Positions 63,698-64,000 of a stretch of DNA of 64,000 bases are shown one piece after another. The notes under the pieces are model-generated. The model saw nothing but the letters and a program-made list of their open reading frames with translations. It made no database searches and was not told the DNA's origin. This DNA is from Gemmatimonas sp. GTDB lineage: Bacteria; Gemmatimonadota; Gemmatimonadetes; Gemmatimonadales; Gemmatimonadaceae. The DNA lies in the NCBI RefSeq assembly GCF_044344655.1, contig NZ_JBIJCN010000002.1:32174-96173 (forward strand), read 5' to 3'. The first letter of the stretch is position 1; each line of letters opens with the position of its first letter. A program made the position numbers and the translations under genes.

Positions 63698-64000
63698 CGC
63701 GCACGCCCCGAATGAGCCCATCGAGGGTGGCTTTCACCGTCGCCAGCGGCATCGCTCCCAGCTGATGTCGCACCACGGCCTCACTCGCACCGGTCACGAG
63801 AAAAGCCGTTTCGAGATGGCCCTGCACTTCGGGTTCACCCTGCCCCCACTTCACGAAGAAGAGGTAGGCACCCCAGTGAGCCGCACGGTCACCGGTCGTG
63901 TCGGTGAGGATGTCGGCAGAGTACGAACGCCCGTCCACGCCTTCGAAGGCCGCGGGTCGCTTGTGCACCGCCATGTAGCCGCCGAGCGTGCGCTCATCAC
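63690..64000 (-). CDS. Hypothetical protein, 5' end beyond the window
   Basis: Frame stays open to the edge (..DERTLGGYMAVHKRPAAFEGVDGRSYSADI..). Confidence 0.7.
   Translation of the reverse strand, partial: DERTLGGYMAVHKRPAAFEGVDGRSYSADILTDTTGDRAAHWGAYLFFVKWGQGEPEVQGHLETAFLVTGASEAVVRHQLGAMPLATVKATLDGLIRGVRDA

Overview
A visibly GC-rich bacterial chromosomal segment; several lineage-typical hypothetical proteins suggest Gemmatimonadota, which is inference. I saw no rRNA, tRNA, CRISPR array, transposase or prophage. From left to right it holds: a partial SF2 helicase, pfkA, a minimal DEAD-box helicase, two paralogous membrane Ser/Thr kinases, lon, an SPFH lipoprotein, PBP1A, glutamine-dependent nadE, creatininase/HNH/HIT genes, a fused 2-oxoacid dehydrogenase E1, secreted peptidases (S9, M14, S51, M24), a class II ribonucleotide reductase, htpX, a rhodanese, a ~10 kb zinc-starvation/copper-handling island (MerC-domain protein, Zn-free L31 and L33, two COG0523 GTPases, a ZIP-DUF318 fusion, copCD, a Fur/Zur regulator, Sco, PCuAC, a cupredoxin), bioFADB, pdxH, an SDR and rsgA. 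The strongest non-coding signals are (1) a yybP-ykoY (Mn2+) riboswitch on the minus strand ahead of the SPFH lipoprotein, which is not one of its usual Mn-export targets; (2) a full-length cobalamin riboswitch ahead of a B12-dependent-type RNR, the reverse of the usual logic; (3) AT-rich operator palindromes in the zinc island; and (4) a recurring -10 box lying 6-7 nt before start codons, suggesting leaderless mRNAs. All calls come from reading motifs by eye; no searches were run.
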